Sequence record: MT129652.1
DNA from: Escherichia phage MN01
DNA: 64,000 bases
Direction: 5' to 3' (one strand)
Both the position numbers and the translations under genes were made by a program. The notes under the pieces are model-generated. The model was not told the origin of the DNA and searched no databases. It worked only from the letters and a program-made list of their open reading frames with translations. Positions 45,346 through 56,535 of this stretch are shown one piece after another (the stretch's first letter is position 1; each line of letters opens with the position of its first letter).

Positions 45346-45406
45346 TGAAAATTCAAATTGCTGGTATTTTGTTTTTGGTCGTAATGGTCGGGCTTAACTT
45401 CCTACT

Positions 45407-45706
45407 ATGAAAGCCTGTCGGGTTGTTAACAAATATCAATCCGACTTTGATGTGAATATTCAACGGGGTACCATGTGGGGAAATCCATATAAAGATGGTA
45501 CCCGAGAAGAAAACATAAAGAACTTTAAAGAATATTTCATAGCAAAGATTAAATCGGGTGAAATCAAAAGAGAACACCTTGAAACCCTTCGCGGAATGCG
45601 ATTAGCGTGTACATGCAAACCGAAAGCATGTCATGGCGATGTTATCGCTCTGGTCGTTAACAAACTTTTCAAAGACACCTTTTCGCTCGAGGATTTGGGT
45701 GCATAA
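45407..45706 (+). CDS. hypothetical protein (99 aa) with CTCKPKACHGD motif
   Basis: ORF in track; the Cys/His motif recalls an uncharacterised phage domain family (possibly DUF4326-like, not verified). Confidence 0.4.
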   Translation: MKACRVVNKYQSDFDVNIQRGTMWGNPYKDGTREENIKNFKEYFIAKIKSGEIKREHLETLRGMRLACTCKPKACHGDVIALVVNKLFKDTFSLEDLGA

Positions 45707-45765
45707 ATACGATTCCGCTTCAGGGCACCGTGATATAATTATTTAAAATTTAATGAGAGGAAATT

Positions 45766-46011
45766 ATGAATTTACGATTTAAACGCCAGTCAGGTGAAGT
45801 CATTTTTGAAATGCCACAATTTACCGAACAGGATTTACCTGCCCCAAATTCTTATATCACTATTGACGGAATCAAATTTCTGGCCAAACGACATGAACGT
45901 GTCTACTGTCATGATTCAGCCGGTGATGTCCAGTCATATTTTGACATCACTGTTCAGTCAGAAGAAGAATATAATGATGAAATGACTTCGGAACTACCAG
46001 AGACAATTTAA
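45766..46011 (+). CDS. hypothetical protein (81 aa)
   Basis: ORF in track with GAGAGGAAATT-ATG context. Confidence 0.35.
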   Translation: MNLRFKRQSGEVIFEMPQFTEQDLPAPNSYITIDGIKFLAKRHERVYCHDSAGDVQSYFDITVQSEEEYNDEMTSELPETI

Positions 46012-46044
46012 GGTTCCCAACCCTTTTGAACTATAGAGGAAAAC

Positions 46045-48300
46045 ATGCAAGTACAAAAAAGTAGTGGTGTATCTCAAGATTTTGATGGCCAAAAAATTAT
46101 TAAAGTTCTTTCCTGGTCATGTGAAGGAACTAATATCGACCCATACGAATTATACGAAACAATTAAACCACATCTGCGCGATGGTATGACTACTCGCGAT
46201 ATTCAGACGGTTATCATCAAAGTATCTGCTGGGCTTATCTCGGTTGAAGAACCAGATTACCAATATGTTGCAGCGAAGGCTACGATGTTTGCTCTGCGTA
46301 AAGATGTTTATGGACAATTTGAGCCACGTTCTTTTATTGACCAGATTTCTTATTGTGTTAATGAAGGTAAATATGACCCAGAGCTATTATCAAGCTACTC
46401 GGCTGAAGAGATTACTTACCTGGAATCTCGTATTAAGCACGAACGCGATTTTGACCTGACTTATGCAGGCGCGATGCAGCTTAAAGAGAAATACCTGGTT
46501 AAAGATAAAACCACTGGGAAAATCTATGAGACTCCGCAATTCGCTATCATGGCTATCGGCATGGCACTGCACCAGGATGAACCAACGGACCGCCTGAAGC
46601 ATGTTTGCCGTTTTTATGATGCAGTATCCACGCGACAGGTTTCGTTGCCCACACCTATCATGGCGGGCGCCAGAACACCTACCAGGCAGTTCAGTTCCTG
46701 TGTGGTTATCGAAGCTGCTGACTCCCTGAAGTCAATCAATAAGACTGCTAACTCAATCATCGAATATATCAGTAAGCGTGCAGGTATCGGCATCAACGTT
46801 GGCATGATTCGTGCCGAGGGTTCGAAAATCGGTATGGGCGAAGTCAAGCATACTGGTGTTATTCCGTTCTGGAAACATTTCCAAACGGCTGTTAAATCAT
46901 GTTCACAAGGTGGAATCCGTGGCGGCGCTGCTACTGCTTATTATCCTATTTGGCATTTGGAAGTTGAAAATTTACTCGTTCTGAAGAACAACAAGGGCGT
47001 TGAAGAAAACCGCATCAGACATATGGACTATGGTGTCCAGCTGAATAACCTGATGATGGAACGACTGGCTAAGAATGATTACATCACTCTGTTTAGTCCG
47101 CACGAAGCTGGCGGTGAATTGTATTATTCATATTTTGATAACCCGGATAAATTCCGCGAGTTATATGAAGCCTTAGAAAAAGACCCGACAGTTCGTAAGA
47201 AGCGCATCAAAGCAAAAGATGTATTTGAATTATTCATGACCGAACGTTCCGGGACAGCCAGGGTTTATCCACAGTTCGTTGATAACGTGAATGACTACAC
47301 CCCGTTCATCCGTGATAAGGCTCCAATTCGTCAATCAAACCTTTGCTGCGAAATTGCAATCCCGACCACTGATGTAAACAGCGAAGATGCTGAAATCGGA
47401 TTGTGCACATTGTCTGCATTTGTTCTGGATAGTTTTGACTGGCAGGACCAAGATAAAATTAACGAGCTGGCCGAAGTACAAGTTCGTGCTCTTGATAACC
47501 TGTTGGACTACCAGGGGTATCCGGTTAAAGAAGCTCTGAAAGCCAAAAAACGGCGCAACCTGGGTGTTGGGGTTACTAACTATGCTGCATGGCTGGCAAG
47601 TAATTTCGCTTCATACGCTGATGCAAATGATTTAACACACGAACTATTTGAGAGATTACAATATGGCCTTATCCGTGCATCAATCAAGCTCGCCAAAGAA
47701 AAAGGACCTTGCGAATATTATTCAGACACTCGTTGGGCTCGAGGCGAATTACCTATCGACTGGTACAATAAAAAGATTGACCAAATCGCAGCTCCAAACT
47801 ACGTTTGCGACTGGGCGTTGCTGCGGGAAGACCTGGTTGCACACGGCATCCGTAATAGCACCTTATCTGCGCTCATGCCTTGCGAGTCGAGCAGCCAAGT
47901 TTCCAACTCTACAAACGGTATCGAACCTCCGCGCGGTCCAGTAAGTATCAAGGAAAGTAAAGAAGGTTCCTTTAATCAGGTTGTTCCAAATATCGAGCAC
48001 AATAAAGGATTGTATGATTACGCATGGGTGCTGGCTAAGCAAGGCAACAAACCTTATCTGACTCAAGTCGCGATTATGTTGAAATGGATTTGTCAGTCAG
48101 CATCGGCAAATACGTATTATGACCCGCAGAATTATCCGAAAGGAAAAGTTCCGATGTCAGTTATGCTTGACGACTTGATGTACTTCTGGTATTTTGGTGG
48201 TAAAAACCTTTATTATCATAACACTAGAGATGGTTCCGGTACAGACGATTACGAAATCGAAGCTCCTAAAGCAGAAGACTGCTCCGCCTGTAAACTTTGA
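46045..48300 (+). CDS. nrdA: aerobic ribonucleotide reductase large subunit
   Basis: 751 aa (T4 754 aa); class Ia RNR features including ATP-cone N-terminus and C-terminal tail Cys pair (CSACKL). Confidence 0.9.
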   Translation: MQVQKSSGVSQDFDGQKIIKVLSWSCEGTNIDPYELYETIKPHLRDGMTTRDIQTVIIKVSAGLISVEEPDYQYVAAKATMFALRKDVYGQFEPRSFIDQISYCVNEGKYDPELLSSYSAEEITYLESRIKHERDFDLTYAGAMQLKEKYLVKDKTTGKIYETPQFAIMAIGMALHQDEPTDRLKHVCRFYDAVSTRQVSLPTPIMAGARTPTRQFSSCVVIEAADSLKSINKTANSIIEYISKRAGIGINVGMIRAEGSKIGMGEVKHTGVIPFWKHFQTAVKSCSQGGIRGGAATAYYPIWHLEVENLLVLKNNKGVEENRIRHMDYGVQLNNLMMERLAKNDYITLFSPHEAGGELYYSYFDNPDKFRELYEALEKDPTVRKKRIKAKDVFELFMTERSGTARVYPQFVDNVNDYTPFIRDKAPIRQSNLCCEIAIPTTDVNSEDAEIGLCTLSAFVLDSFDWQDQDKINELAEVQVRALDNLLDYQGYPVKEALKAKKRRNLGVGVTNYAAWLASNFASYADANDLTHELFERLQYGLIRASIKLAKEKGPCEYYSDTRWARGELPIDWYNKKIDQIAAPNYVCDWALLREDLVAHGIRNSTLSALMPCESSSQVSNSTNGIEPPRGPVSIKESKEGSFNQVVPNIEHNKGLYDYAWVLAKQGNKPYLTQVAIMLKWICQSASANTYYDPQNYPKGKVPMSVMLDDLMYFWYFGGKNLYYHNTRDGSGTDDYEIEAPKAEDCSACKL

Positions 48301-48338
48301 TATAATTATGCTCATGGATGAGCTATTGAGGAAATAAA

Positions 48339-49517
48339 ATGAGTACAGTTTTTAATACCACTCCGGTGGATGTTTTAGCCGAGCCAATGTTCTTCGGTTC
48401 AGGATTGGGAATTGCCCGTTATGATATCCAGCGTCATAAAGTTTTCGAAGAATTAACAGAAAAGCAATTATCATTCTTCTGGCGTCCAGAGGAAGTAAAC
48501 CTGATGATGGACGGAGCCCAATTTAATAAGCTTCCTGAACATCAACAAAATATTTTTACCAACAACCTGAAGTACCAATCACTCCTGGATAGTATCCAGG
48601 GTCGTGCTCCAGCTGCAGCATTAGCCGCATTAGTTTCTGACCCAAGTCTTGATACATGGATTCAGACCTGGACATTCAGCGAGACAATTCACTCTCGTTC
48701 TTATACGCACATCATGCGAAATCTCTATACGGACCCGGCGAAGGTATTCGACGAAATCCTATTAGATGATGCAATCATGAAGCGAGCAGAATCCATTGGC
48801 CATTACTATGATGATGTTCTGAATAAAACTCGTCAATGGCAAAACCAGATTGCTTTTGTTGAACTGGCCAAAGAAACTCCCGAAGCGGACGAACGTTTGG
48901 AACGAGCTATCAAACAAGAAGCTATCGCCAAACGAGCATTGATGAAGTCTCTTTATCTCTGCCTGCATGTCATTAATGCCCTGGAAGCCATTCGTTTTTA
49001 TGTATCTTTTGCCTGTACTTTCAACTTCCATAAGAACATGGAAATCATGGAAGGCAATGCGAAGATAATGAAGTTCATCGCCCGTGATGAACAGCTCCAC
49101 CTTAAGGGGACCCAATATATTCTTCGTCAGCTGCAGACTGGTGTTGACGGTGACGAATGGGTTAAAATCGCTCACGAATGTGAAGCAGAAGCCGCAGCCA
49201 TTTTCATGGAAGTTAATCGCCAGGAAAAAGAATGGGCCGTGCATCTGTTTAAAGATGGTGGACTCCCTGGGTTGAGCGTCGAGATTCTTAACCGGTTCAT
49301 CGATTACCTTACGGTTTCTCGTATGAAGCAATGCGGCCTCCCGTGTGAAATCGTGTTAGAATCTACTAAGCACCCGATTCCATGGATTCGCGAATATCTT
49401 AACTCTGACAATGTGCAATCAGCACCACAAGAAGTTGAGTTGTCTGCTTACCTGGTAGCCCAGATTGACAATGACGTCGATGAGAACGTTCTTGCTGGTT
49501 TCCGTAAATATCTATAA
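48339..49517 (+). CDS. nrdB: ribonucleotide reductase small subunit, uninterrupted (no intron)
   Basis: 392 aa (T4 388 aa); di-iron ligand motifs (E..H pairs); continuous frame. Confidence 0.9.
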   Translation: MSTVFNTTPVDVLAEPMFFGSGLGIARYDIQRHKVFEELTEKQLSFFWRPEEVNLMMDGAQFNKLPEHQQNIFTNNLKYQSLLDSIQGRAPAAALAALVSDPSLDTWIQTWTFSETIHSRSYTHIMRNLYTDPAKVFDEILLDDAIMKRAESIGHYYDDVLNKTRQWQNQIAFVELAKETPEADERLERAIKQEAIAKRALMKSLYLCLHVINALEAIRFYVSFACTFNFHKNMEIMEGNAKIMKFIARDEQLHLKGTQYILRQLQTGVDGDEWVKIAHECEAEAAAIFMEVNRQEKEWAVHLFKDGGLPGLSVEILNRFIDYLTVSRMKQCGLPCEIVLESTKHPIPWIREYLNSDNVQSAPQEVELSAYLVAQIDNDVDENVLAGFRKYL

Positions 49518-49519
49518 GG

Positions 49520-49541
49520 AAAGGGCTTCGGCCCTTTTTGT
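49520..49541 (+). terminator. rho-independent terminator after nrdB (GGGC-TTCG-GCCC + T-tract)
   Basis: UUCG tetraloop hairpin followed by TTTTT. Confidence 0.55.
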
Positions 49542-49954
49542 CTATGAAACAAATCGCTGACGAATACAGTTTTATAAAATACGCGGAGTTAGAGTTAGTC
49601 GATGGTAAAATCCCTATCCTTACTCTCGCAAACAAGAAAAATGTTATCTATGCTATTTCAGTTGATGATGAACTAGTGTATATTGGTAAGACGAACAACC
49701 TTAAGAAGCGTATCAACTATTACCGGACTGCAATTAACCGAATCGAACAGACGAGTGATTCAAACAAATCCCGGATGATACATGAAGCTTTACAAGAAGG
49801 CAAAAAGGTGGTATTCTATGCACGACAATGTTTCAATCTGTCAATGACCAATGAACTTGGTACGATGTCAGTCGAAACGATGTCTCTGGAAGAGCCGATG
49901 TTCATCAAGCTTTTTAATCCCCCGTGGAATTACCAACATAAGGTGAAGAAATGA
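49538..49954 (+). CDS. denA: endonuclease II (GIY-YIG family)
   Basis: 138 aa (T4 136 aa); GIY-YIG-like VIYAISVDDELVYIGKT...R, position between nrdB and rnlA as in T4. Confidence 0.7.
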   Translation: MSMKQIADEYSFIKYAELELVDGKIPILTLANKKNVIYAISVDDELVYIGKTNNLKKRINYYRTAINRIEQTSDSNKSRMIHEALQEGKKVVFYARQCFNLSMTNELGTMSVETMSLEEPMFIKLFNPPWNYQHKVKK

Positions 49955-51087
49955 TTGAATTATATGATAACTTAATGAAGCTTTGCGCCGAATCTGATAA
50001 AGGTAAGTTTTTCTATACGGATTTTGTTTCTCCATTTGAAACTAAGTTCCGCATCTTTAGCTATAACTATGCTTCCTATAGTGATTGGCTCCTTGATGAT
50101 GCGCTGGAGTGCCGTGGCATTATGTTTGAAATGGGTGACAATGGTCCAGTTCGCATTGCTGCTCGTCCTATGGAAAAATTCTTTAATCTGGGTGAGAATC
50201 CAATGACCATGGACCTTAACCTTGATGAGGTTGTCCTGGTTACTGCAAAAGCTGATGGTAGCTTGGTTTCTACTTATATGGACCAGACTAATATCGCCTT
50301 TAAATCTAAAGGGTCAATCAAAAGTTCCCAAGCTGCTGAATCCTTGCAGGTGTTTAAACAAGAGCATCGCAGTGCATTCAGGGCTCGCGTAACTGAAATT
50401 ACTGAAGCTGGTTATACATGCAATATGGAATATGTTGCACCGACCAACCGCATTGTTTTGCCTTACCAGGAACGTGACCTGATTTTGCTGAACGTTCGTC
50501 ATAATGAAACGGGTGAATATATCCCCTATCAGGAACTGTTCAAAGATGCTGCACTCCGTCCTTTCCTGGTTGAAGCATATGACCCGGCAACCATTGAGAA
50601 TGTTCGCGGTATGAAAGAGATTGAAGGCTTCGTCTATGAGATGGCTAACGGTCAGAAGTTCAAGATGAAAACAGAATGGTATTGTGCTCTGCATCATACT
50701 AAAGACTCCATTAATAATAATGAGCGACTGTTTGAAGTTGTTGTTGCTGGCGGGGCAGATGATGTTATTGCCATGTTTACTGGCGATACTTATGCTCGTG
50801 AAAAAGTTACTGCCTTTACTGTAACGCATCTGGATTATCTGTCCAATACACTGGGATTGTTGCTTGATGCTCAGAAACAATTGGCAGGAAAAGACCGACG
50901 CGAGTTTGCGATTAAAGGTCAAGAGTTATGCAAACCATACCCGGGATTGTTCTCCGTATTAATGAACACCTATCAACGCCCACAGGAAACTGAACAAACG
51001 ATTGCTCAAATCAATAAAGTTTTCCTTAAAAATCATAAACTTTACATTCCGTTGGACTACCAAGCGGAAGTAATCCTTCCTGAATAA
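49951..51087 (+). CDS. rnlA: RNA ligase 1
   Basis: 378 aa (T4 374 aa); strong similarity to T4 Rnl1 as remembered (RIFSYNYASYSDWLL.DALECRGIMFEM, KADGSLVSTY nucleotidyltransferase lysine motif, APTNRIVL.YQE). Confidence 0.85.
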   Translation: MIELYDNLMKLCAESDKGKFFYTDFVSPFETKFRIFSYNYASYSDWLLDDALECRGIMFEMGDNGPVRIAARPMEKFFNLGENPMTMDLNLDEVVLVTAKADGSLVSTYMDQTNIAFKSKGSIKSSQAAESLQVFKQEHRSAFRARVTEITEAGYTCNMEYVAPTNRIVLPYQERDLILLNVRHNETGEYIPYQELFKDAALRPFLVEAYDPATIENVRGMKEIEGFVYEMANGQKFKMKTEWYCALHHTKDSINNNERLFEVVVAGGADDVIAMFTGDTYAREKVTAFTVTHLDYLSNTLGLLLDAQKQLAGKDRREFAIKGQELCKPYPGLFSVLMNTYQRPQETEQTIAQINKVFLKNHKLYIPLDYQAEVILPE

Positions 51088-51097
51088 TAAAAAAGGG

Positions 51098-51127
51098 GTG
51101 TACAAGCCCCTTCTTTCTATACATAAT
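51098..51127 (+). promoter_or_regulatory. early-type promoter (GTGTACA -35, CATAAT -10)
   Basis: Cassette family member followed by CATCAACTACTGATG stem-loop. Confidence 0.55.
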
Positions 51128-51158
51128 GGTTCCATCAACTACTGATGAGGACCAAAAC

Positions 51159-51392
51159 ATGTTAAACTTAATTACAAATGACAGAGTTACACAGGCATAT
51201 GGTGACAGAAATGATGGAATCTATGTCTACAAGGGAGACCGCCGGATTGGTTTCATTACTGACCTGAAGGCCAAATTGTTAAAAGAATTGAAAGCTCAAA
51301 CAAGTGATTCTGGGTTTAGAGCAAGAGCCAAAAAGAAAGATGAGCGCCTGGGTGCCAACTCTTTTGGTCCCCGGGGTTACAACCGCTACTAA
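51159..51392 (+). CDS. hypothetical protein (77 aa), paralogous to the N-terminus of the next ORF
   Basis: YGDRNDGIYVYKGDRRIGFITDLKAKL versus YGDRHDGIYVYKGTKKIGLMTDLRKKL in the next gene. Confidence 0.4.
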   Translation: MLNLITNDRVTQAYGDRNDGIYVYKGDRRIGFITDLKAKLLKELKAQTSDSGFRARAKKKDERLGANSFGPRGYNRY

Positions 51393-51405
51393 TGAGGAAA
51401 ATATT

Positions 51406-51909
51406 ATGGATATGCAACTGATTTCAAATGAAATGATTGTCAATGAATATGGTGACCGTCATGACGGAATTTATGTCTATAAAGGGACCAAGAAAATTGG
51501 TCTCATGACTGACCTGCGGAAAAAACTCGCCTCCAATAAAAAGTTGAAGGCGAAACAAAAAGAATATCGTGATAAAAAATCAGAAGAGCGGAAAGAAGCA
51601 CTGCATGAATCTGTTCCTGAAATGGTTGACTTCTTAAAGAACCATTTGGTTAAATATGATGCAGAAGTGTTCATTAACCAGACCCAACCTAATGTACATA
51701 TCAATGGATGTGTTTGTTATGTTGTGGTTGAACCCCTGACACTTCAACACCGCCTGGGAATTAAACACCCAGTGTTAACCCAGGATGATATGGCGGATGA
51801 AGTTGGTAATCAGTTCCGTATTTCAGCGTCTGACAGTACAAATCACATCCTCCTGAATGGTTTATCCCAGGATGATATTGTTGAGGTAATCATCAAGTTA
51901 TGCAAATAA
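51406..51909 (+). CDS. Alc-like protein (167 aa) in the position of T4 alc
   Basis: Length equals T4 Alc as remembered (167 aa); position between rnlA and the spanin pair; sequence identity not verified. Confidence 0.45.
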   Translation: MDMQLISNEMIVNEYGDRHDGIYVYKGTKKIGLMTDLRKKLASNKKLKAKQKEYRDKKSEERKEALHESVPEMVDFLKNHLVKYDAEVFINQTQPNVHINGCVCYVVVEPLTLQHRLGIKHPVLTQDDMADEVGNQFRISASDSTNHILLNGLSQDDIVEVIIKLCK

Positions 51910-52253
51910 GTAATCTCACTGCAGGGCTTATGCTCGCCCTGGTAGTAACCGCTGGTAGTGGTTTCTATCTAAAAGCAAAAGTAGATAATCTCAAGACAGA
52001 GGTTGCTGCGGTCACCAAAGTTGCAGAAGATAACGCGAAAAATCTGCAATCAGTAAAAGACCAGATTAATCAAATTAATCTCCTTGACCAGCAACGCCAG
52101 GAATATGTTGAACTTCTGCAGAAGGAAAATGATAAACTCCGTGCAGATGCAAAACGTACTAAGGTTGTGGCAGCAAAGCCTAAATTAGTTGAAAAACAGA
52201 TTAATCAGTCTTTTGATAAGTTCGCCCAGGACTTCCAGGAGCTCACCAAATGA
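51900..52253 (+). CDS. putative i-spanin (Rz-like; T4 pseT.3 equivalent)
   Basis: 117 aa; N-terminal transmembrane helix followed by a charged coiled-coil-like periplasmic domain; followed by an overlapping lipoprotein gene. Confidence 0.5.
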   Translation: MQISNLTAGLMLALVVTAGSGFYLKAKVDNLKTEVAAVTKVAEDNAKNLQSVKDQINQINLLDQQRQEYVELLQKENDKLRADAKRTKVVAAKPKLVEKQINQSFDKFAQDFQELTK

Positions 52254-52540
52254 TGAAATCTATCATGGCAGTATGTTTGGCTATTGGACTTGTTTCATGC
52301 GCCCAGAAGCCCGTTGTGGAGCCCACAATCCAAGTTCATCCTAATTGGCCAGTTGCATTGGCTGATTACAAACAACAATGGGAAGTGAAGGTAATTGAGG
52401 GTCAAGCCTGGGTTGGTATGCCTTTTGAAGCATCGCAAGAATTCAGGATTTGGATGAATGATGTAAAAAGGTATGTACATGACCAAAAAGGTATGTTATG
52501 TTATTATCGTTCTGAACTAAAAGAGGAACGTTGCAAATGA
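52250..52540 (+). CDS. putative o-spanin lipoprotein (Rz1-like; T4 pseT.2 equivalent)
   Basis: 96 aa; signal peptide with lipobox LVSC; ATGA overlap with the preceding i-spanin candidate. Confidence 0.5.
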   Translation: MMKSIMAVCLAIGLVSCAQKPVVEPTIQVHPNWPVALADYKQQWEVKVIEGQAWVGMPFEASQEFRIWMNDVKRYVHDQKGMLCYYRSELKEERCK

Positions 52541-52643
52541 TAGAGACCTGTAGCCTTGGTTGGGATATTGTTAGATTTGGTGCATTCTGTTTTTGTTTTG
52601 GAATTGCGGCCACTTTATGTATTCAAGGTCTTTTTGGAAAGTA

Positions 52644-52673
52644 GTGTACAAACTTATGGGAGCAGAGTATAAT
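52644..52673 (+). promoter_or_regulatory. early-type promoter (GTGTACA -35, TATAAT -10 inside GGGAGC/GCTCCC inverted repeat)
   Basis: Cassette family member. Confidence 0.55.
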
Positions 52674-52707
52674 GCTCCCACGGATTATAAAATTTGAGGA
52701 AATGACT

Positions 52708-53186
52708 ATGACTTTACGTGACAATTCTTTTGTATCTAATCCTGAATACATTTCAGGTGTCAAGTCTCCTGCATTACAAAAGCTCTTAAAATTAGGGTCC
52801 TGTGCAAGTACACCAATTGAAAAGAAGGCAACTTTTGATTTTGCTTGGGCTATGGTGGACGGTATTGATGTAGTAAGACAGGTAACTTTTTATGCTCCTG
52901 GGGCTATTAAGCCTTCGCAAATTATTAATCTGGATGGAAGTAATTATATTACTATTCAGCATTGGTATCGTATGATGCGACCTGTTTGGGAATACCCAGA
53001 ATTCATTGAAGAATACAATGAAAAAGAACGTATTCGTGAGCTAGTAAAAAGTTTTGAATATGCGGCTAAACGCCATGGTCAAATGCAAGCTGCTGCTACG
53101 CTTGGTGATGTTTCTGAAAGCGCAGCTTATGAAACTGGTAAAATCCTTAAAACTTGTCGCGGAGAACTTTATAAGGAGCTTGGTGT

Positions 53187-53190
<4 letters not shown>
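52708..53190 (+). CDS. hypothetical protein (160 aa)
   Basis: Internal ATG of track ORF 52672-53190, 7 nt after a GAGGA SD. Confidence 0.4.
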
Positions 53191-54408
<1,218 letters not shown>

Positions 54409-54409
<1 letters not shown>

Positions 54410-54606
54410 TGGCATGGCATCATGAAACCTGGGCAGTCGTTCATGTGGATGGTGGCCTAGTTGGAACTAACAATGGACAGTTCTGTGTATTCACTAGTGA
54501 ATCTAAAGCCTGGGAAGAATGTCTTAAATTAAGAGACAAAAACCCAGGTATTGAATTGACAGTAAAGCAAACTAAAATCCCATTACCATGGAAAACCTAT
54601 GAATAA
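54409..54606 (+). CDS. hypothetical protein (65 aa)
   Basis: ORF in track; ATGG start overlapping pseT stop. Confidence 0.3.
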
Positions 54607-54796
54607 TATCGAAAAGATTCTTCGTACAATCGAAGAGATTGAAAAACGTTACGAATACTTTTTCAGTGTATGGCCTTTAACCGATGGACGTATTGGCCTG
54701 GATGTAATGGACTATAAAGATGAAGACAAAGTCGATGGCGGTATCTTTAAATCCGCTCCAGAACTCTTGGCCTTCTTGGAAGAACATTATGTATAA
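54599..54796 (+). CDS. hypothetical protein (65 aa)
   Basis: ORF in track. Confidence 0.3.
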   Translation: MNNIEKILRTIEEIEKRYEYFFSVWPLTDGRIGLDVMDYKDEDKVDGGIFKSAPELLAFLEEHYV

Positions 54797-55076
54797 TAAA
54801 CATCATGAAATTGAAGAAGAAGCTTATAAAGAGCTTCAGAAACTGGTAGGGCAGAATATGTCTCCTGCTCTTATCAATAACCTGGCTGCACTGCGTAATG
54901 ACATCAACGAACGGTACAAGGGCGAATATTATGTTGAATTCGTTCCGCTGACTGAAGTCATTGACCGATTTATCGTTAATGTCAAGGTGCATACCGTCCA
55001 TTAACGCTTTAAAAATTTTATGGTATAATGGGGTCTAGGTCCTTTGGATAGCCCCAATAACTAAGCGAGAAAAGAA

Positions 55077-55355
55077 ATGTTTCCTACATATTCTGAAATT
55101 GTTAAAGTAGTTTTTAGTCAGATTTTATCTGATTATCTATACGAAAGCGTCGACACGTCGACTGAACTAAAAGTACACGGTCGTTTGTCTGCTATTCTGG
55201 AAATCATGTTCCCGGATGCAGTTGATGCAATCACTGTCAAACTCACGTCTGGTGCAGCATTCGCAATTGTTCCGTTTAAAATTGATGGAGCCACTTTGAC
55301 CGTTTCGTGCAAGGTTGACTTCCAGAATCAAACTGCAATTGCAGAAGCAATTTAA
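55077..55355 (+). CDS. hypothetical protein (92 aa)
   Basis: ORF in track with upstream TGGTATAAT extended -10 element. Confidence 0.35.
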   Translation: MFPTYSEIVKVVFSQILSDYLYESVDTSTELKVHGRLSAILEIMFPDAVDAITVKLTSGAAFAIVPFKIDGATLTVSCKVDFQNQTAIAEAI

Positions 55356-55386
55356 GTGTTTACTTTCACCACGGATGGTGTATAAT
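55356..55386 (+). promoter_or_regulatory. early-type promoter (GTGTTTAC -35, TATAAT -10)
   Basis: Sigma-70-like elements with 17-nt spacing upstream of ORF 55416. Confidence 0.45.
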
Positions 55387-55415
55387 GAATTTCATCAACA
55401 CATGAGGAAAACAAA

Positions 55416-55958
55416 ATGAGTAATTTCTTTGAAGAAGGCAAGTTTTACAAGTTCGCATCTGAAAATGCCAAAAAACAGTTTGTCTCCGGTGGTTGGGCAG
55501 CTAATTACCAAATTGCTGGATACATCGGTATGACTCCGTTTGAAGTGAAAATTGTACCTGATACTACGAGCGGTGGAAGAAAAGTTTGTGAGATTCGTTT
55601 GATTGATGAAAATGATTTTGTGGATTTGGCAAAAATATCTGGCGCGCAGAACAGGCATCATGGAGCAATGTTTGTTTCTGCTGGTCCATTGTCTGACGAA
55701 TTTGATTATTTCATCCAGGCGGAAGTTGGTGTTAAGCCAGAAGTTGAACCTGTGCCAGTAAAACTTGCATCAGTTTGGAAATTGCTTGTGGTTAAAAATG
55801 GCAAGATTGAGATTAACTCTCGTCATACGTCAAAAGAATATGCGGAAGGCGAAGCAGAGCGTCTGTTAAACCGTGGTACTGCAGAAGATTGCTATATTAT
55901 CAAAGGCGATATCGCAAAAGTTTCTATCGTTAAACAAGTTAAACAGGAGACAATCTGA
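55416..55958 (+). CDS. hypothetical protein (180 aa), third member of the GKFY...KKQF paralogue family
   Basis: N-terminus GKFYKFASENAKKQFVSG parallels ORFs 41713 and 42426. Confidence 0.45.
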   Translation: MSNFFEEGKFYKFASENAKKQFVSGGWAANYQIAGYIGMTPFEVKIVPDTTSGGRKVCEIRLIDENDFVDLAKISGAQNRHHGAMFVSAGPLSDEFDYFIQAEVGVKPEVEPVPVKLASVWKLLVVKNGKIEINSRHTSKEYAEGEAERLLNRGTAEDCYIIKGDIAKVSIVKQVKQETI

Positions 55959-56203
55959 TGCTTAGCGAAACCCCAATTACTGTTGAAGAGTTTCACGAAA
56001 AAGTGAAGGCATTTGCTCAAGAGATGATTAACCGCATATCACAGCGATTCCCTGCCGCGACTTTGCAAGTTATTCAGGAATCTGCACGCAGTTTTATGAT
56101 TGTCATTAATCCGAAAATTACTTTAAAAGGTGGTGACCAGTTGACCCAACTGAAATTGGGTTCTGATGGTCTGGTTGAAGCGCAGCGAGTGTATATTCAA
56201 TGA
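55958..56203 (+). CDS. hypothetical protein (81 aa)
   Basis: ORF in track; ATGA-coupled. Confidence 0.35.
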   Translation: MLSETPITVEEFHEKVKAFAQEMINRISQRFPAATLQVIQESARSFMIVINPKITLKGGDQLTQLKLGSDGLVEAQRVYIQ

Positions 56204-56535
56204 TGAATTTAATGGATATTTTCCAGGAAGCACTTAAAAATGATTTGGGTGACCATCGTAAGTTGGACCCGGAGACAGCTGCATTTATCAAAGTAACGCT
56301 TGCGAATGATGCTCTGTTTAAAAGTATCCACCCAAGCAATTATGATGCGGTTGTTATCACAGAAGCTCCTGTAGAAATTGGTGAGCGAATGTTTGGGGTG
56401 ATTTTTGACGATAAGAAAAAACGCTTCAGCGACGGTGATAGTATAATTACAACACATGTTAAGAGCATTACTAAATTGCGACATGAATTATATCGTGTTG
56501 AAACTATTAAAACCAATTATCTCGTGGTGATGTAA
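56200..56535 (+). CDS. hypothetical protein (111 aa)
   Basis: ORF in track; ATGA-coupled. Confidence 0.4.
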   Translation: MMNLMDIFQEALKNDLGDHRKLDPETAAFIKVTLANDALFKSIHPSNYDAVVITEAPVEIGERMFGVIFDDKKKRFSDGDSIITTHVKSITKLRHELYRVETIKTNYLVVM

